From IMG/VR virus record IMGVR_UViG_3300020177_000966: a stretch of 64,000 bases of DNA. One strand, written 5' to 3'. The stretch comes from a virus. Lineage: Duplodnaviria > Caudoviricetes. How positions within the stretch are numbered: position 1 is the stretch's first letter; each line of letters begins with the position of its first letter. The translations under genes and the position numbers were made by a program. Below the pieces are notes generated by a model that was not told where the DNA came from, did no database searches, and was given only the letters and a program-made list of their open reading frames with translations. Of the stretch, positions 1-12,200 are shown one piece after another.

Positions 1-1258
1 AACCACACTTGATGTATTAACTGGATCGTCAGCGAAATTTAAACAATCTAGTTTACACATGGCATCAGTGGGTAATTCAAACTTTACCGCAGGCTTTAAT
101 ACAAGTATTTTAAGTGGTAGCGAACATAGAGAATCGGCTCCAGCAATTCACATGAACACTGCCGCGAATCCTGCTACGCAGGCTGACGAAGCGACCAGTG
201 CAAGTACTGCAAGTACTGCCGCATCTGCCGCCCAACCAGTTCGCGTTCCGCAGAGAGAACCTTGGGACGGACATGAGAATTTAAATCCGGAAGGACACAC
301 TCCTGGGCTAAGTCAAGCTAGACTTCCGCCATCGAGACAAGGTAGAGATGCTCAATCACTAATTGATAGTCCTGCAAACCAACCACAGTATACTTCAACT
401 TCGGGACCTAATGTTGCTAACCAGTCAACAGTTATTGATCCTGAAACAGGACAACGAGTACCTGCACCACAAACAGTAATTCCAGGTCAAGCAGGACCAA
501 TAGGACAACAACCTGCAGAACCTGTAGATGTTAACGATATGCAACGTTATTTCTTACATGTATTAATACAAGAAATTGGATTAGATCCGGCTACTTGCCT
601 TAATCCTGCAAATCCAGAATTACTTGCTGTTGGCCAAACACCAGGAAATGCCGAAGCAATTGCATCAGCAATGGCACAGATTCAAAGAGAATGCACCTTT
701 GAACCACATAGCGAAAATTTAAATTATAGTGCTGGACGTTTAAGACAAGTATTTCCAAGTCGTGTTCGAAGCGATGAATTTGCACAACAACTTGCTGCCG
801 CAGGACCGGCAGCTATTGGTAACACATTATATGGCGGCCGTAACGGTAACGCAGAAGACGAAGGTTACAAATATCGCGGTAGAGGACTTATTCAGCTTAC
901 ATTTAAAGATAATTACAGACATTTTGGCGGCGCGGCAAGACATCCTGAAATTGTCGAAAATCCTGATCTTTTAAACGATCCAGAAATTGCTACAGCAGTT
1001 GCAGTTGCGTACTTAAAAGAAACCTTCCCTCAAAGAGGCGGCGGCAATTGGAACATGTATAATTTTAATCAATTAGGCCAGGCATTTGAAGATGCAGTTG
1101 GATACGGTAATGAAAGTGCAGAAACACCTCAACGTATTGCAAGTGCAAGAGGCTTTTTCTCTAGATTGAGAAACGGAGATATAGTTCCATTAGCATCATT
1201 AACACCGACTGTACCTATAGAATCGGGCCAATCAACAGTAGTTGATACAAGGACGTAA
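1..1258 (+). CDS. C-terminal part of a gp5-like baseplate hub/spike protein with a GH19 (chitinase/lysozyme) domain; 5'-truncated
   Basis: The frame is open from position 2 through the ATG at 59. GH19 motifs are present: AMAQIQREC..F...ENLNYS and YRGRGLIQLTFKDNY. It lies directly upstream of PAAR-, gp25- and gp6-like genes. Confidence 0.8.
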   Translation, partial: TTLDVLTGSSAKFKQSSLHMASVGNSNFTAGFNTSILSGSEHRESAPAIHMNTAANPATQADEATSASTASTAASAAQPVRVPQREPWDGHENLNPEGHTPGLSQARLPPSRQGRDAQSLIDSPANQPQYTSTSGPNVANQSTVIDPETGQRVPAPQTVIPGQAGPIGQQPAEPVDVNDMQRYFLHVLIQEIGLDPATCLNPANPELLAVGQTPGNAEAIASAMAQIQRECTFEPHSENLNYSAGRLRQVFPSRVRSDEFAQQLAAAGPAAIGNTLYGGRNGNAEDEGYKYRGRGLIQLTFKDNYRHFGGAARHPEIVENPDLLNDPEIATAVAVAYLKETFPQRGGGNWNMYNFNQLGQAFEDAVGYGNESAETPQRIASARGFFSRLRNGDIVPLASLTPTVPIESGQSTVVDTRT

Positions 1259-1260
1259 AC

Positions 1261-2232
1261 ATGCCAGCTATACACATAAACGGACATACTAGAAGTTGTG
1301 GAGCAACTACAGTTGTTTCCGGACAGAGCGATGTATATGTTGTAGGCGAATTAGTTTCAGTTGACGGTGATCCTAACAGCCATGGCGATGGCGCACTTTC
1401 AGCAGGTAGCAACGGAGTGTTTATAAATGGTAGAGCAGTAGTAAATCATTCTCCAGACGGTGCTGCCGCTGACGCATTATGTATTCCATTAGGAGGTGCT
1501 CATTGTGCACCTGAAACTGCACAAGGGGAATCTACAGTTATCGTAGGTGACGCCGCTGACGCAGTTGCTATAGCAATTGGAGCAACTAATTTTAGTAGAC
1601 CAGAAGAAGAAGCACTTGACATATTAGAAGGCAGAGCTGTTGAAGAAGCTAATGGTGTTGATCCTGATCAAAATGAAGCAACAGAATATGGTGATGGCGG
1701 AATTGCTACGCAATCCGGAGGCGATGCTAACCGCTACAGTAATACAAGTCCTGTCAATAATGTTTCAGGTCCACAAGATGCACAAGTAGTAAACGAACAA
1801 ACACCAAGTCCGCAACCTAGCAATGAAAACGGTCAATACATTCAATGGTTGTCGCATGTTGACACTAGAGTAAAGCCACAAGTAGTTGCAAATTTAGAAG
1901 GAGTATCTCAACAAGTAGGATACCAATTACAAATTACTAGCGGATATCGTTCGCCAGCATATAATGAAAGTGTCGGCGGAGCAAAAAGTAGTCAACATAT
2001 GCAAGGTAATGCAGTAGATGTTGTACAAACTGGTTTATCGAACGCACAACGACAAGAATTTATACAAGCGGCAATTGACAATGGATTTACTGCAATTGGC
2101 GTTTATAATACTTTTACACACATAGATATCCGCGGAGCAAAAGTTGCTTGGGGAAGCAATGGTAGTAGAACTACATTGCCAAATTATCCGTGGGCGTTAG
2201 AAACACTTCGCGCAAACGGGTATCCTTATTAA
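1261..2232 (+). CDS. PAAR-like spike-tip protein fused to a C-terminal peptidase M15 (Zn) domain
   Basis: The N-terminal ~97 aa are PAAR-like (GHTRSCG..VSGQSDVYV.G..VSVDGD...H...SNGVFINGRAV). The C-terminus carries M15 motifs ITSGYRSPAYN..VGGAKSSQHMQGNAVD and FTHIDIRG. Confidence 0.8.
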   Translation: MPAIHINGHTRSCGATTVVSGQSDVYVVGELVSVDGDPNSHGDGALSAGSNGVFINGRAVVNHSPDGAAADALCIPLGGAHCAPETAQGESTVIVGDAADAVAIAIGATNFSRPEEEALDILEGRAVEEANGVDPDQNEATEYGDGGIATQSGGDANRYSNTSPVNNVSGPQDAQVVNEQTPSPQPSNENGQYIQWLSHVDTRVKPQVVANLEGVSQQVGYQLQITSGYRSPAYNESVGGAKSSQHMQGNAVDVVQTGLSNAQRQEFIQAAIDNGFTAIGVYNTFTHIDIRGAKVAWGSNGSRTTLPNYPWALETLRANGYPY

Positions 2233-2235
2233 AGG

Positions 2236-2241
2236 TAAATA
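2236..2241 (+). promoter_or_regulatory. T4-like late promoter core TAAATA upstream of the gp25-like gene
   Basis: TAAATAC lies 5 nt before the ATG at 2247. The same core recurs before many genes in the window. Confidence 0.5.
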
Positions 2242-2246
2242 CTAGC

Positions 2247-2678
2247 ATGGCAGACTTATACAAACAAATTAAAATTAAATCGCAAAAAGCCCCAAAATCG
2301 CCTGTAAAACAAAAGGCATATAGGGGATTTAGTACAGTAAATCCTGAAGCAAATACGTTTCAGCTTTACGATTTTGAGTTGATTAAGCAAGACTTAATTA
2401 ATCATTTTAATATTAGACAAGGTGAAAAAATTTCTAATCCTACGTTTGGTTGTATTATATGGGATGCATTATATGAGCCTCTAACAGAAGAATTAAAAGA
2501 AGCCATTACCGCAAATGTTACTAATATTGTAAACTATGATCCAAGAACTTCAGCAGAAGCTGTACAAGTTTCAGAGTACGAACAAGGATTGCAAATCGAA
2601 TGTACAATATCTTACTTACAATATAATATTAGCGAAAATTTAAGATTACAGTTTGATAAAAATATTGGACTTCTGTGA
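2247..2678 (+). CDS. gp25-like baseplate wedge subunit
   Basis: DFELIKQDLINHFNIRQGEKISNPTFGCIIWDALYEPL...IVNYDPR is a typical gp25 pattern. The ATG at 2247 is preferred over the ORF-track start at 2190. Confidence 0.85.
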   Translation: MADLYKQIKIKSQKAPKSPVKQKAYRGFSTVNPEANTFQLYDFELIKQDLINHFNIRQGEKISNPTFGCIIWDALYEPLTEELKEAITANVTNIVNYDPRTSAEAVQVSEYEQGLQIECTISYLQYNISENLRLQFDKNIGLL

Positions 2679-2709
2679 CACAATTAAGTACCGCTATAAC
2701 CCAATATAA

Positions 2710-2715
2710 TAAATA
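2710..2715 (+). promoter_or_regulatory. T4-like late promoter core TAAATA upstream of the gp6-like gene
   Basis: aaTAAATAc sits in the intergenic gap before the RBS (GAGG) and the ATG at 2742. Confidence 0.55.
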
Positions 2716-2741
2716 CTGTAACAAAGAATTGAGGAACGCCG

Positions 2742-5700
2742 ATGTCATCAACCGACCGCCAAAATAGACTACTTCTTTCAGAAGATTGGAAAAAAGTATA
2801 TCAAAGTTATCGCAATGCGGAGTTCCGTAGCTACGACTTTGATACTTTAAGACGTTCTATGATTAACTATCTAAGAACAAATTATCCAGAAGATTTTAAT
2901 GATTATATTGATACTTCAGAATATCTTGCACTAATTGATACTATTGCATTTTTAGGTCAAAATATTAGTTATCGCGTTGATTTAAATGCACGTGAAAATT
3001 TCTTAGAACTAGCAGAGCGTCGCGATAGTGTATTACGTCTTGCACGTATGTTATCTTATAATCCTAAAAGAAACCAGGCGGCAAATGGATTAATTAAATT
3101 TGATACAGTATCAACTACTGAAGAAATTTTTGATAGTAATGGATTTAATTTAGCAGATCAAACTGTTATATGGAATGATCCGAGTAACTCAAACTGGCCA
3201 GAACAATTTAGAAGAGTTCTTAATGCGGCCTTACCGCAAAACAATACAATCGGAAAACCTACTAAAACTGCAAGCATTAATAGTGTATTAACTCAGCAAT
3301 ATAGATTTAAATCTAACAATGTAGATGTACCTGTATATGGGTTTAGTAAAGCAGTTAATGGATTAACTACACAATTTGAAGTGGTTTCTACTGATATCGA
3401 TTTAATTAATAGTAAATTAGTTGAAGAGCCTCCTATTCCTGGAAATAGTTTGGCATTTCTCTATAGAGAAGATGGTAGAGGAACAGCAAGTTCAAACACT
3501 GGCTATTTCCTACATTTTAGACAAGGATCATTAAGCTCGTCACAATTTACAGTTGACAATCCAAGTGCTAATCAAAAAATAGCAATTGAAGCTGAAAATA
3601 TTAATAACAGTGATATTTGGTTGTATCAAGTTAACTCAAGCGGAGTTCCAACATCACTTTGGACAAAGGTTAGCTCTATTGAAGGAAACAATGCAATTTA
3701 TAACAGCGTTTCTAAAGGCACTAGAAACTTTTATGTTGTACAAACTCGTGCTAATGATGAAATTAGTTTAATATTTGCTGACGGTACTTTTGGAAGTCTT
3801 CCAGGTGGAAACTTTAGAATATTCTACAGAACTAGTGCAAATAGATCAATGAAAATTAAGCCCGAAGAGCTTACAAGTATTAATATTAGTTTAGATTATA
3901 TTTCAAAAGCAGGAACTATTGAAACATTAACTATCGGACTTGAACTTAAAGAAAATGTTACTAACGCTACTACTAGTGAAAGTACACCATCTATTAGACA
4001 AAACGCACCACAGACATATTATACACAAAATAGAATGGTCACCGGTGAAGACTATAATATCATTCCACTAACTATTAATCAAGAAATTGTTAAAGTTAAA
4101 TCAACTAACAGAATTAGTAGCGGTATTAGTCGCTACTTTGATTTAAAAGATGTAACCGGAAAATATTCTAGTACAAATTTATTTGCATCAGACGGTATTA
4201 TTTATAGAGAAGAATTTGAAGACAAGCAATCCTTTACATTTAGTAATCAAACAGATATTGAAGGTACTATTGAAAATTTAATTTTACCTATTATTAAAAG
4301 CAGATCGATTAGTAATTTCTATTTTTCAAACTATGCAAAAATTATTGTTAGTGATTTGAATGCTACATGGGTTCAATCAACTAAAGGTACAAATATTAGT
4401 ACAGGATATCTTGTTAATACTTCTGATATTCCTTATCAAACAGGTACATTTACCGGCGGTTCATTAAAGTATTTAGAAGCAGGGGCATTACTTAAATTTA
4501 AGCCACCTGCAGGCTTTTACTTTTTAGGAGATGGACTAACCAGTAATGCCAATGCAAAAGGTGCAAGCACTTACAAGTGGGTAAAAGTTATTAGTGTTAA
4601 TGGCGCAGGAACATCGGTTGACAGTGTTACAGGAGTTGGACCAATTGTGTTTAATGAAATACTTCCAGCTAACAGTGTTCTTGAAGAAGTAAAACCAAAA
4701 CTAGTAAAAGATATTACAAGCGATGTTAGGTCACAAATTATTGATCAAGTATTTGCTTATAAAACGTTCGGTTTAAGATACGATCAAGTTAATAGAATTT
4801 GGCGTGTTATTATTAATGAAAACTTAAATGTTGCATCTACATTTAGCAACGGTAAGACCGGTGACGTTACTAATAACCAATTAGATGCTAGTTGGATTAT
4901 CCTTTTTCAAACCAACGGCGAAAAATATACAATTACTAATAGAGGATTAAAATACATATTTGAAAGCGACAAAGAATTATCTTTCTATTTTGACGGACAA
5001 AACAAAATTTATGATTCTGCAACAGGCCAGCTAGTTAAAGACAAAGTTTCAATTCTTAACTATAATACAAAACCTGATTCATTAAATGCTTTTAATAGTG
5101 ACATTCCTTGGGAAATTGTAAGCGAATATAGAAATCAAGACGGGTACGTTAACAGTAAAAAAGTTGAAGTAAGTTTCTTTGATGTAAACGAAGACGGAAG
5201 TGTAGACGATCCAGACATTTTTGATAATGTTGTTGCACCACAAGTATTACCTCTTACAAAATATATTTTCTTAAAACGTGTTGAAACAGATCAAGGTTTT
5301 TACAAATACAATTACTATGCCGACGGCGGCAATATTGATGTAGTTAACACAGAAATTGAAATTGGTTCTTTTGTAGATTATCCCGAAGGAAAAGTGTTTT
5401 ATATCGTAAACACAAAAAACTTTAAAGTTTTAACAAATGGTATATTAACATTAACGTCAGACTATCAAGCATATACAGGTAGAGATGATCTAAAATTCCA
5501 ATATGTTCATAGTGCAGATGAAAGTAATAGAATTGATCCTAGTGTTTCAAATATTATTGATGTACATATGTTAACTAGATCATATGATAATCTTTATAGA
5601 CAATATCTTGCAGGAACACTTGAGGAACAACCTTTGCCACCTAGCTCAGATGAACTATATCAAAATTATGGAGTATTGATTAATCAGTACAAATCAATTA

Positions 5701-6230
5701 GCGATGAAGTAATTTATCATCCAGTTAGATACAAGCCGTTATTTGGCTCTCATGCTCAACCATCCTTGCAAGCAACATTTAAAATTGTAAAAAACACAAG
5801 TGAAGTGGTAAACGATAACGATTTAAAATCAAGAATTATTGCATCAATTAATAAATTTTTTGCATTGTCTAATTGGGACTTTGGAGAAACATTTCATTTT
5901 TCCGAGTTAGTAACTTATGTAATGAATCAAAATGCGCCAGATATTTCAAACATGCTAATTGTTCCTAAACAAGGATCCCAAGCGTTTGGTAGTCTATACG
6001 AAATTAAATGCGAAAATGATGAATTATTTGTAAGTGATGCAACCGTAGATGATATAGAAATAATTGATTCAGTTACAGCATCTAAAATTCAAGCAAGTGG
6101 TGCAGTTGTTACTAGTACCGGTACAAACAATGTTGGAATACAAAGTCAACCGTTAACAAGCACAGCAACAAACAATTCGAGCTCAACTAGCTCAAGCGAT
6201 ACTAACAGCAGTGGAGGCAGTAGTTACTAA
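2742..6230 (+). CDS. gp6-like baseplate wedge protein (1162 aa)
   Basis: YDFDTLRRSM..YL...YPEDFNDY...SEYLALID.IAFLGQ..SYR.DLNARENFLELAERRDSVLRLARMLSYNPKR, and later SIRQNAP..Y.TQNRMVTGEDY. It follows the gp25-like gene. Confidence 0.85.
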   Translation: MSSTDRQNRLLLSEDWKKVYQSYRNAEFRSYDFDTLRRSMINYLRTNYPEDFNDYIDTSEYLALIDTIAFLGQNISYRVDLNARENFLELAERRDSVLRLARMLSYNPKRNQAANGLIKFDTVSTTEEIFDSNGFNLADQTVIWNDPSNSNWPEQFRRVLNAALPQNNTIGKPTKTASINSVLTQQYRFKSNNVDVPVYGFSKAVNGLTTQFEVVSTDIDLINSKLVEEPPIPGNSLAFLYREDGRGTASSNTGYFLHFRQGSLSSSQFTVDNPSANQKIAIEAENINNSDIWLYQVNSSGVPTSLWTKVSSIEGNNAIYNSVSKGTRNFYVVQTRANDEISLIFADGTFGSLPGGNFRIFYRTSANRSMKIKPEELTSINISLDYISKAGTIETLTIGLELKENVTNATTSESTPSIRQNAPQTYYTQNRMVTGEDYNIIPLTINQEIVKVKSTNRISSGISRYFDLKDVTGKYSSTNLFASDGIIYREEFEDKQSFTFSNQTDIEGTIENLILPIIKSRSISNFYFSNYAKIIVSDLNATWVQSTKGTNISTGYLVNTSDIPYQTGTFTGGSLKYLEAGALLKFKPPAGFYFLGDGLTSNANAKGASTYKWVKVISVNGAGTSVDSVTGVGPIVFNEILPANSVLEEVKPKLVKDITSDVRSQIIDQVFAYKTFGLRYDQVNRIWRVIINENLNVASTFSNGKTGDVTNNQLDASWIILFQTNGEKYTITNRGLKYIFESDKELSFYFDGQNKIYDSATGQLVKDKVSILNYNTKPDSLNAFNSDIPWEIVSEYRNQDGYVNSKKVEVSFFDVNEDGSVDDPDIFDNVVAPQVLPLTKYIFLKRVETDQGFYKYNYYADGGNIDVVNTEIEIGSFVDYPEGKVFYIVNTKNFKVLTNGILTLTSDYQAYTGRDDLKFQYVHSADESNRIDPSVSNIIDVHMLTRSYDNLYRQYLAGTLEEQPLPPSSDELYQNYGVLINQYKSISDEVIYHPVRYKPLFGSHAQPSLQATFKIVKNTSEVVNDNDLKSRIIASINKFFALSNWDFGETFHFSELVTYVMNQNAPDISNMLIVPKQGSQAFGSLYEIKCENDELFVSDATVDDIEIIDSVTASKIQASGAVVTSTGTNNVGIQSQPLTSTATNNSSSTSSSDTNSSGGSSY

Positions 6231-9200
6231 TGGCGCAAGATGAAAATGGTATTCCAATTGATGATGATTCTAAAAGACGCACCGCTGATATGTTGCCTCG
6301 CTATTTTAGAACAACAGCAAATAAAAAGTTTTTAAGTAGTACTTTAGATCAGTTAATGCAACCAGGTGTTGTACAAAAGACTGACGGATTTATCGGAAGA
6401 AAAAATGCAAAAGCCTTTAAGACAGGCGACAATTATATTGCAGAACTAGCAGGTGATAGACGTAACTATCAATTAGAACCAGTTGCATTGGTTGAAGATA
6501 CACTTGGAAATACTACTTTTTATAGAGATTATAGAGACTATGTAAATGCTAGTAAAATTAGAAACGGCGAAGTAGATAATCATAGCTTACTAAACAGTCA
6601 AGAATACTATGCTTGGAGTCCTCATATTGATTGGGATAAATTTGTAAACTTTCGTGAATATTATTGGCTACCAGCAGGTCCTAGTTCTATTCCTGTATAC
6701 GGAAGTTCAACAGAAATTGTTAGTACCTTTACAGTAGGAAAGCAAGACAATACTGATAATTTTGCATATACATTTAATCCAGATGTTCCGACTAGTAATC
6801 CTACACTAACATTGTATAGAGGACAAACATATACATTTGATATTAACACAGTTGATATGCCGTTGTCAATTAGAACAAGCAGATCAGTTAAAGACGATTC
6901 TAATCTCTATAATGTTGGAGTAAGTCAGCAAAGCGTAGAAACCGGACAATTTACATTTGTTGTAGATCTTGAATCTCCTGATTATCTGTATTATACAAAC
7001 GACAATGATATCGAAGCATCGGGTTTAATTATTATTAAAAATATTATTGATGCTACTGAAATTAATATTACTGCTGAAATTTTAGGCAAAAAAACATACA
7101 CCATGCAGAATGGATATGAACTATCTAACGGCATGAGAGTTAACTTTTACGGAAAAGTAACTCCTGAAATTTATGCAACTGGAACATGGTATGTTGAAGG
7201 AGTTGGAAATAGTATTAAATTAATTTCAGAATCAGATCTTGTTATTACAGCTGACTATCTATTAGATCAAGGCGTTGAATATGATATGCAAGGTTTTGCT
7301 GATCTACCATTTGATGAAGCAATTTCGTATGCTACTCTCAAAGATTATATTGTTATTAACAGAGCAGCCAAAGATAGAAATCAATGGTCTCGTTATAATA
7401 AATGGACACATAAAACTGTTATTGAAACTACTGCATTAATTAATAATGTACCGGCAGAACTTGATCAAACCTACAGAGCTACAAGACCTATTATTGAGTT
7501 TGAACCAGGTTTAAAACTTTTTAATTATGGTACTGAAGCAAAAGGTGCTGTTGACCTAGTTGATACTGTAACAACAGACGTATTTTCAGATATTGAAGGA
7601 CAAGTAGGTTATTTTGTCGACGGCATTGAACTTGTAAACGGTATGAGAGTATTGTTTACCGCAGATCCAGATTCATTAGTTAGCGGCAAGATTTATGAAG
7701 TTAAATTTATTTCTCATAATGGTAGCAGACAAATTACATTAATAGAAACTACTGATACTACACCATTAGAAAATGAAACAGTACTAGTTAAATCTGGTGA
7801 AAAATTTAAAGGTAAAGTTTTCTACTATACAGGAACAGTTTGGAAACAAGCACAAGATAAAACATCTGTAAATCAGCAACCTTTGTTTGATTTATATAAT
7901 GATCAAGGAATTGCGCTATCTACATTAGACGGAAGTTCTTTTGCTGGTAACAAAATTTTTAGTTATAAGGTAGGAACAGGAACTAATGATACTGAATTAG
8001 GATTCCCACTGTCATATAGAACTATTGAAAATAGTGGCGATATTGTATTTGATTTTAATTTATTATCAGACACTTACCAGTATGATGTTTTAACTGACGT
8101 ATTTAACGTAAGCACTGATACAGGACTATTAAGAAAATATACTGACAGAACAACTTATAGCAGTTTGTCAGGTTGGACCAAAGCGGCTACAAAATCAGTA
8201 CAGCCAGTTATTCAACAACCAACAGTTGATACTAGAACAAATAACTTTATTATCGATGTTTATGATAATAGTGCTACTATTGCTGATTTAGAAATTAAAG
8301 TTTACGTCAATAATAATCGCAAAAAAGAAAATACTGATTATCTAATTGATAGGTTTAATGGATACTGTTATATTAATTTCAATAATGATCTTACTGTAGG
8401 CGACAAGTTAGTTATTAAAACTTATACTAAGACTCCAAAGAATACTAGAGGATATTACGAGTTTCCGACTAACTTAGAAAAGAATCCACTAAACGAAAAT
8501 GTTGAATCATTTACATTAGGTGAAGTTTTAGATCATGTAGGTAGTATTGTTGATAATGCAAAAGATTTTAATGGAATATTTCCAGGATCGAGTAATTTAA
8601 AAGATCTAGGAGATGTTACTCCGTTAGGATTAAGATTTGTACAACATAGTGGCCCAATTAACCTTGCACTGTATAATATTACAAATAAAGATTTTGATGC
8701 AATTAGAGCTATTCGTTATTCTGGATTAGAGTACATTAAGTTTAAAAGAGAATTTTTGCGTGTAGCAAATGAGTTAGGTTTCGAAGGAGAAACTAAAGTA
8801 CACGTTGATAAGATTTTGCAATCTATTACTGAAGTACAAACTAATAAAGATCCATTTTATTTTAGTGATATGGTTCCGTTTGGTAGTGACACGTTAACTA
8901 GACATGTAATTGAAGATCAATCACAAACTGTATTTTCTTTAAAGCGTGGTATTGATTTTACAAAATTAAATCAGTATGCAGTTCTTCCGTATTTTAACGG
9001 AAGTTTGCTAGTTAAAGATAGAGATTATACTATAACTGTTGACGGCTTCTTAACACTTAATATAACAGTTACTAATAACGACATTTTAGATGTATATGAA
9101 TTTGAATCAACAGATGGTTGCTGGGTACCTCCAACTCCTACTAAGTTAGGATTGTATCCTAAATATACACCTGAAATATTTTTAGACGACACTTACATTA

Positions 9201-12200
9201 ATGTTGTAACCGAAGTTACTGGTCCTTATAAAGTATACGGACGAGACGAAACTACTACACAAAGTTTTAAAGGTAAAGTTGGTTGGTTCTATCCACTGTT
9301 TACATCTGAAGCAGATGCAATTGATTACGATACTGCCAACGGCGGCGCCGGAGTTGCACACGATCATGTATTTGCAGGTTGTAATCAGCTATTTTTTATG
9401 CCTTCGAGCTCTGCAAATCATGCAACAATCGATATTAATTCGTTTGAATCATGGCCAGGCGCACAACCAATGCTACAAGGACATGATGGGTCATTATGGA
9501 AATGTTATGGTGATTACAGAGATAGACTGCTATTAGACTTTGAAAGAAGAATTTATGATAACCTAAAACAGCAGTACAACGAAAATGTGTTTGATATTGC
9601 TGATTTTGTCGAAACAAGAACACGTAAAACAGGCTTCACACGTTATGGCACTGCTAGAACATTAATTTCTGAATTTAATAGATGGTTAGAAACAGTTGGA
9701 ACTCCTGACTATTCTGCAAACACCCGATTTGATAGAACTAACGGTTTTACATTTAGTTACAACAAATGGGCCGATGTTGAAAATAATTCTCTTCCAGGTT
9801 TTTGGAGAGCAATTTATAAGGACTTTTATAATACAGATAGACCGCACAGCCATCCTTGGGAAATTTTAGGACTAACTGAAAAACCTGATTGGTTTGATAC
9901 AGAGTACGGAACAGCACCATATACAAGAAATAATCTGTTGTTATGGAAAGACATGGCTAGTGGTATTGTTAGAGCACCAAATGAAAAAATTGTTTATAGA
10001 AACAAATTTAAAAATACTCTAATTTCTAAATACATTCCAACAGATGATCAAGGAAACTTGTTACCTCCTAATTTATCAGGAATAGCATTGTCTGGACTTG
10101 ATTCAAGTTATAGCGACGGATATGTATTCGGTGATGAAGGACCTGTTGAAACAGCATGGCGCCGTAGTTCACATTATCCATTTGCATTAATGGCATCTTG
10201 GGCAATTAATAATCCAGCACAGTTTTTTGGTATTGCATTTGATGTAAGTAGAATTAAGCGTAACGGAGCCGGAGAATTAGTTTATACTGAAACTAGTAAA
10301 AGAATTAGATTAGATAAATTAAAATTTCCAAATAGTGCTTCTGATAGTTCAAGAGTATTTACAGCAGGTATAATAAATTATATTCAAGGTTACTTGGCAC
10401 AAAATGAAACATTAAAATTTTCAACATATCAACAAGAACTAACTTCTTTACAAAATAAATTGGCATCTAAAATTGGTGGCTTTACTCAGAAGTCTAAATT
10501 TAGATTAATTCTTGATGCAAGAACTCCTACTAATGAAGGTAATGTTTTTGTACCGGACGAAAACTATAAAATTCAGTTAACAAAAAGTATACCAATTAAT
10601 GTATATTCATATAGTGGAATGATCATAGAAATTGTTCCGCAAGGTTATATAATTAGAGGATATGATAGAGATTTACCAATCTTTAAAACATATTCTGTCA
10701 TAAGAAAAAATAACGATAGATTAGTTCGTGTCGGCGGAGTGAGTGAATCTTTCTTAAATTGGGACACCGGTAAGTTTTATGAAGTTGGACAAATTGTAGA
10801 AAATAATAATGTATATTATCGAGTAAAAATTGGTCATACTTCTGGAACCTCATTTAATTTAGACAACTTCCAAAAATTAGCCGAACTTCCGGAAGAAGGC
10901 GGCGCACAGGCATTTTTCTCTAAGAATTTTGACACTAGAGAAGTTGTTGAAATTCCTTACGGAACACTAGTAAGCGATATTCAAGGAGTAGTTGATATTA
11001 TTCTTGGATATCAAAAATTCTTAGATAGTAACGGATTTAAGTTTGAACTTTTCAACCAAAATATTGAAGAAATTGAAAACTGGACATTATCTGCAAAAGA
11101 ATTTATGTTTTGGACTACACAAAACTGGGATACCGGTACTGTTATTACACTAAGTCCAAGTGCAAGACAGGTTATGTTCGCAGAGGCATATACTGTTGTT
11201 GACGACATTTATAATAATTTTTATGATTATAGTTTATTAAAAGCTGACGGCAAAAGATTACTTGCTGACTTTGCAACTACAGAAAGAGATACTACTAACT
11301 CTTTTGGTATCTATGTTAAAAATACTGAAGATGGAATATTCCATCTAAAAGTTCCTGTTGTACAACACGAACATGCAGTTATTATAGATAACAAAACAGT
11401 CTTTAATGATGTTATCTATAATAGAGCACAAGGATATAGACAAGAAAGAATTAAAGTTAAAGGTTATCGTTCAGACGAATGGAACGGATCTTATAATATT
11501 CCTGGATTTATATTCGATGATGCTAAAATTGAAGACTGGGCATCTTGGCAAGACTATTCTATTGGTGCATTGGTAAAGTACAAGCAATACTATTATGTTG
11601 CAAAAGTTAATGTTGTTGGTACAGAAACATTCAACGAAAGAAGTTTTGTTAGATTAAATGAAAAACCAGAACAGAAACTATTACCTAACTGGGACTATAA
11701 AGCAAAACAGTTTACTGATTTTTATGATCTTGATTCAGATAACTTTGACACAGAGCAACAGCGTTTAGCACAGCATTTAATTGGATATCAGAAACGTAGA
11801 TATTTAGAAAATATTATTAATGATGATGTAAGTCAGTATAAATTCTTCCAAGGCGCAATTCAAGATAAAGGAACAAAAAATGTACTTACTAAGTTGTTTG
11901 ATAAACTAGGTAGTGCAAATAAAGATAGCTTAGAATTTTTTGAAGAATGGGCAGTAAGAATTGGACGATACGGAGCAACAACAGGTGACGATCAGTTTGA
12001 TATAGTTTTTGATGAAGCTAGATACAGAATGGAACCACAAACTGTAGAGCTTGTCAATGAAATCGATCCGCAGGATACAAGTCTTGTTTATAGATTAACT
12101 AGAAATAATGTCTATGTAAAATCTCAAAATTATGACCATAAGCCGTTCCCTGTAAAATACTTTAATGATGATAACAGTTATACAAAAACAGCAGGATATG

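Noticed and set aside
190-230. Short tandem repeat GCAAGTACT encoding ASTASTA
   Set aside because: Ordinary low-complexity linker in the gp5-like protein.
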